Below are positions 63,450 to 64,000 of a DNA stretch of 64,000 nt, piece by piece. Origin of the DNA: Mobula hypostoma (lineage: Eukaryota); NCBI RefSeq assembly GCF_963921235.1, contig NC_086097.1:68760001-68824000 (forward strand), in the 5' to 3' direction. Positions within the stretch are counted from its first letter, which is position 1; each line of letters starts with the position of its first letter. A program made the position numbers and the translations under genes. The notes under the pieces are model-generated. The model ran no database searches, was not told the origin of the DNA, and saw only the letters and a list, made by a program, of their open reading frames with translations.

Positions 63450-63957
63450 TTTGATCAGGGAGTTTAAGGTAAAGGAACCCTTGGGAATCAGTGATCATAA
63501 AATGGTAAAATCTACCCTGCGGTTTGAGAAGGAGAAAATAAAGTCAGATGTATCAGTACTGCACTGGAGGAAAGGAAACTAAAGAGGCATAAGAGAGGAG
63601 CTGGTCAAGACTGGGTGGAAGGGGACTCTATCAGGGATGATAGCAGAGCAGCAAAGGCTGGAGTTTCTGAGGCAATTATAGAAGGTGCAGGATAGATGCA
63701 ACACAAAGACAAAAGGGAGGATGAAGCAACTGTGCCTGACAAGGGAGGTCAAAGGCAGCATAAAAGCAAAAGAGGGGCACATAATACAGCAAAAATTAGT
63801 GAGATGTTAGAGGAACACACACAAGTTGCTGGAGGAACTCAGCAGGCCAGGCAGATCTATGGAAAAAAGTGAGCAGTTGACTTTTTGGGCCTAGACTGCA
63901 CTTGGAACATTGTGAGCAGTTTTGGGCCCCTTATGTAAGAAAAGATGTGCTTTCATT
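63450..63957 (+). mobile_element. CR1 fragments interrupted by a short minus-strand Penelope-like terminus (63815-63896)
   Basis: aaggaacccttgggaatcagtgatcat (SDH), similar to 5.37-5.65 kb; aacacacacaagttgctggaggaactcagcaggccaggcag. Confidence 0.8.
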
Positions 63958-64000
63958 GGGTGTGGGCACGTGGCCAAGTGGTTAAGGCATTGGACTAGCG
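63958..64000 (+). mobile_element. 5' tRNA-derived head of a SINE, cut by the window end
   Basis: A-box TGGCCAAGTGG (63971-63981) followed by ttaaggcattggact; embedded in a CR1 fragment. Confidence 0.6.

Noticed and set aside
63958..64000. Possible tRNA gene
   Set aside because: Only an A-box/D-arm is visible, it is cut by the window edge and sits inside a LINE fragment; a SINE head is more likely.

Overview
Eukaryotic, vertebrate genomic DNA. The repeat complement (CR1/HER1-type LINEs, HE1-like V-SINEs, Deu-domain SINEs, many Penelope-like elements) suggests a cartilaginous fish, probably a ray; this is inference. The whole window lies inside one minus-strand host gene, AKAP6 (mAKAP). Three consecutive phase-0 coding exons of the spectrin-repeat region are present: 58939-59085 (147 nt), 43583-43807 (225 nt) and 12476-12691 (216 nt), all with canonical AG/GT borders and separated by introns of 15,131 and 30,891 nt. 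The rest is intron, heavily filled with often nested retroelements: CR1 LINEs of several ages, Rex1/Babar LINE 3' ends, a Gypsy-type solo LTR with a 5-bp TSD, an RTE relic, tRNA-derived SINEs and about a dozen Penelope-like (GIY-YIG) fragments. The most notable non-coding signal is a recurrent minimal hammerhead-ribozyme motif (stem-CTGAnGA-stem II-GAAAC-GTC-stem) in the Penelope-like termini. One copy has an intact catalytic core, while all readable copies in the host-sense orientation carry core substitutions. Hammerheads in Penelope-like elements are already known in general, so I do not claim a new system. Almost all long ORFs in the supplied track are retroelement remnants or their antisense shadows. 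Repeat-family names and the AKAP6 match come from recalled motifs, not database searches, and repeat borders are approximate unless a TSD is given.
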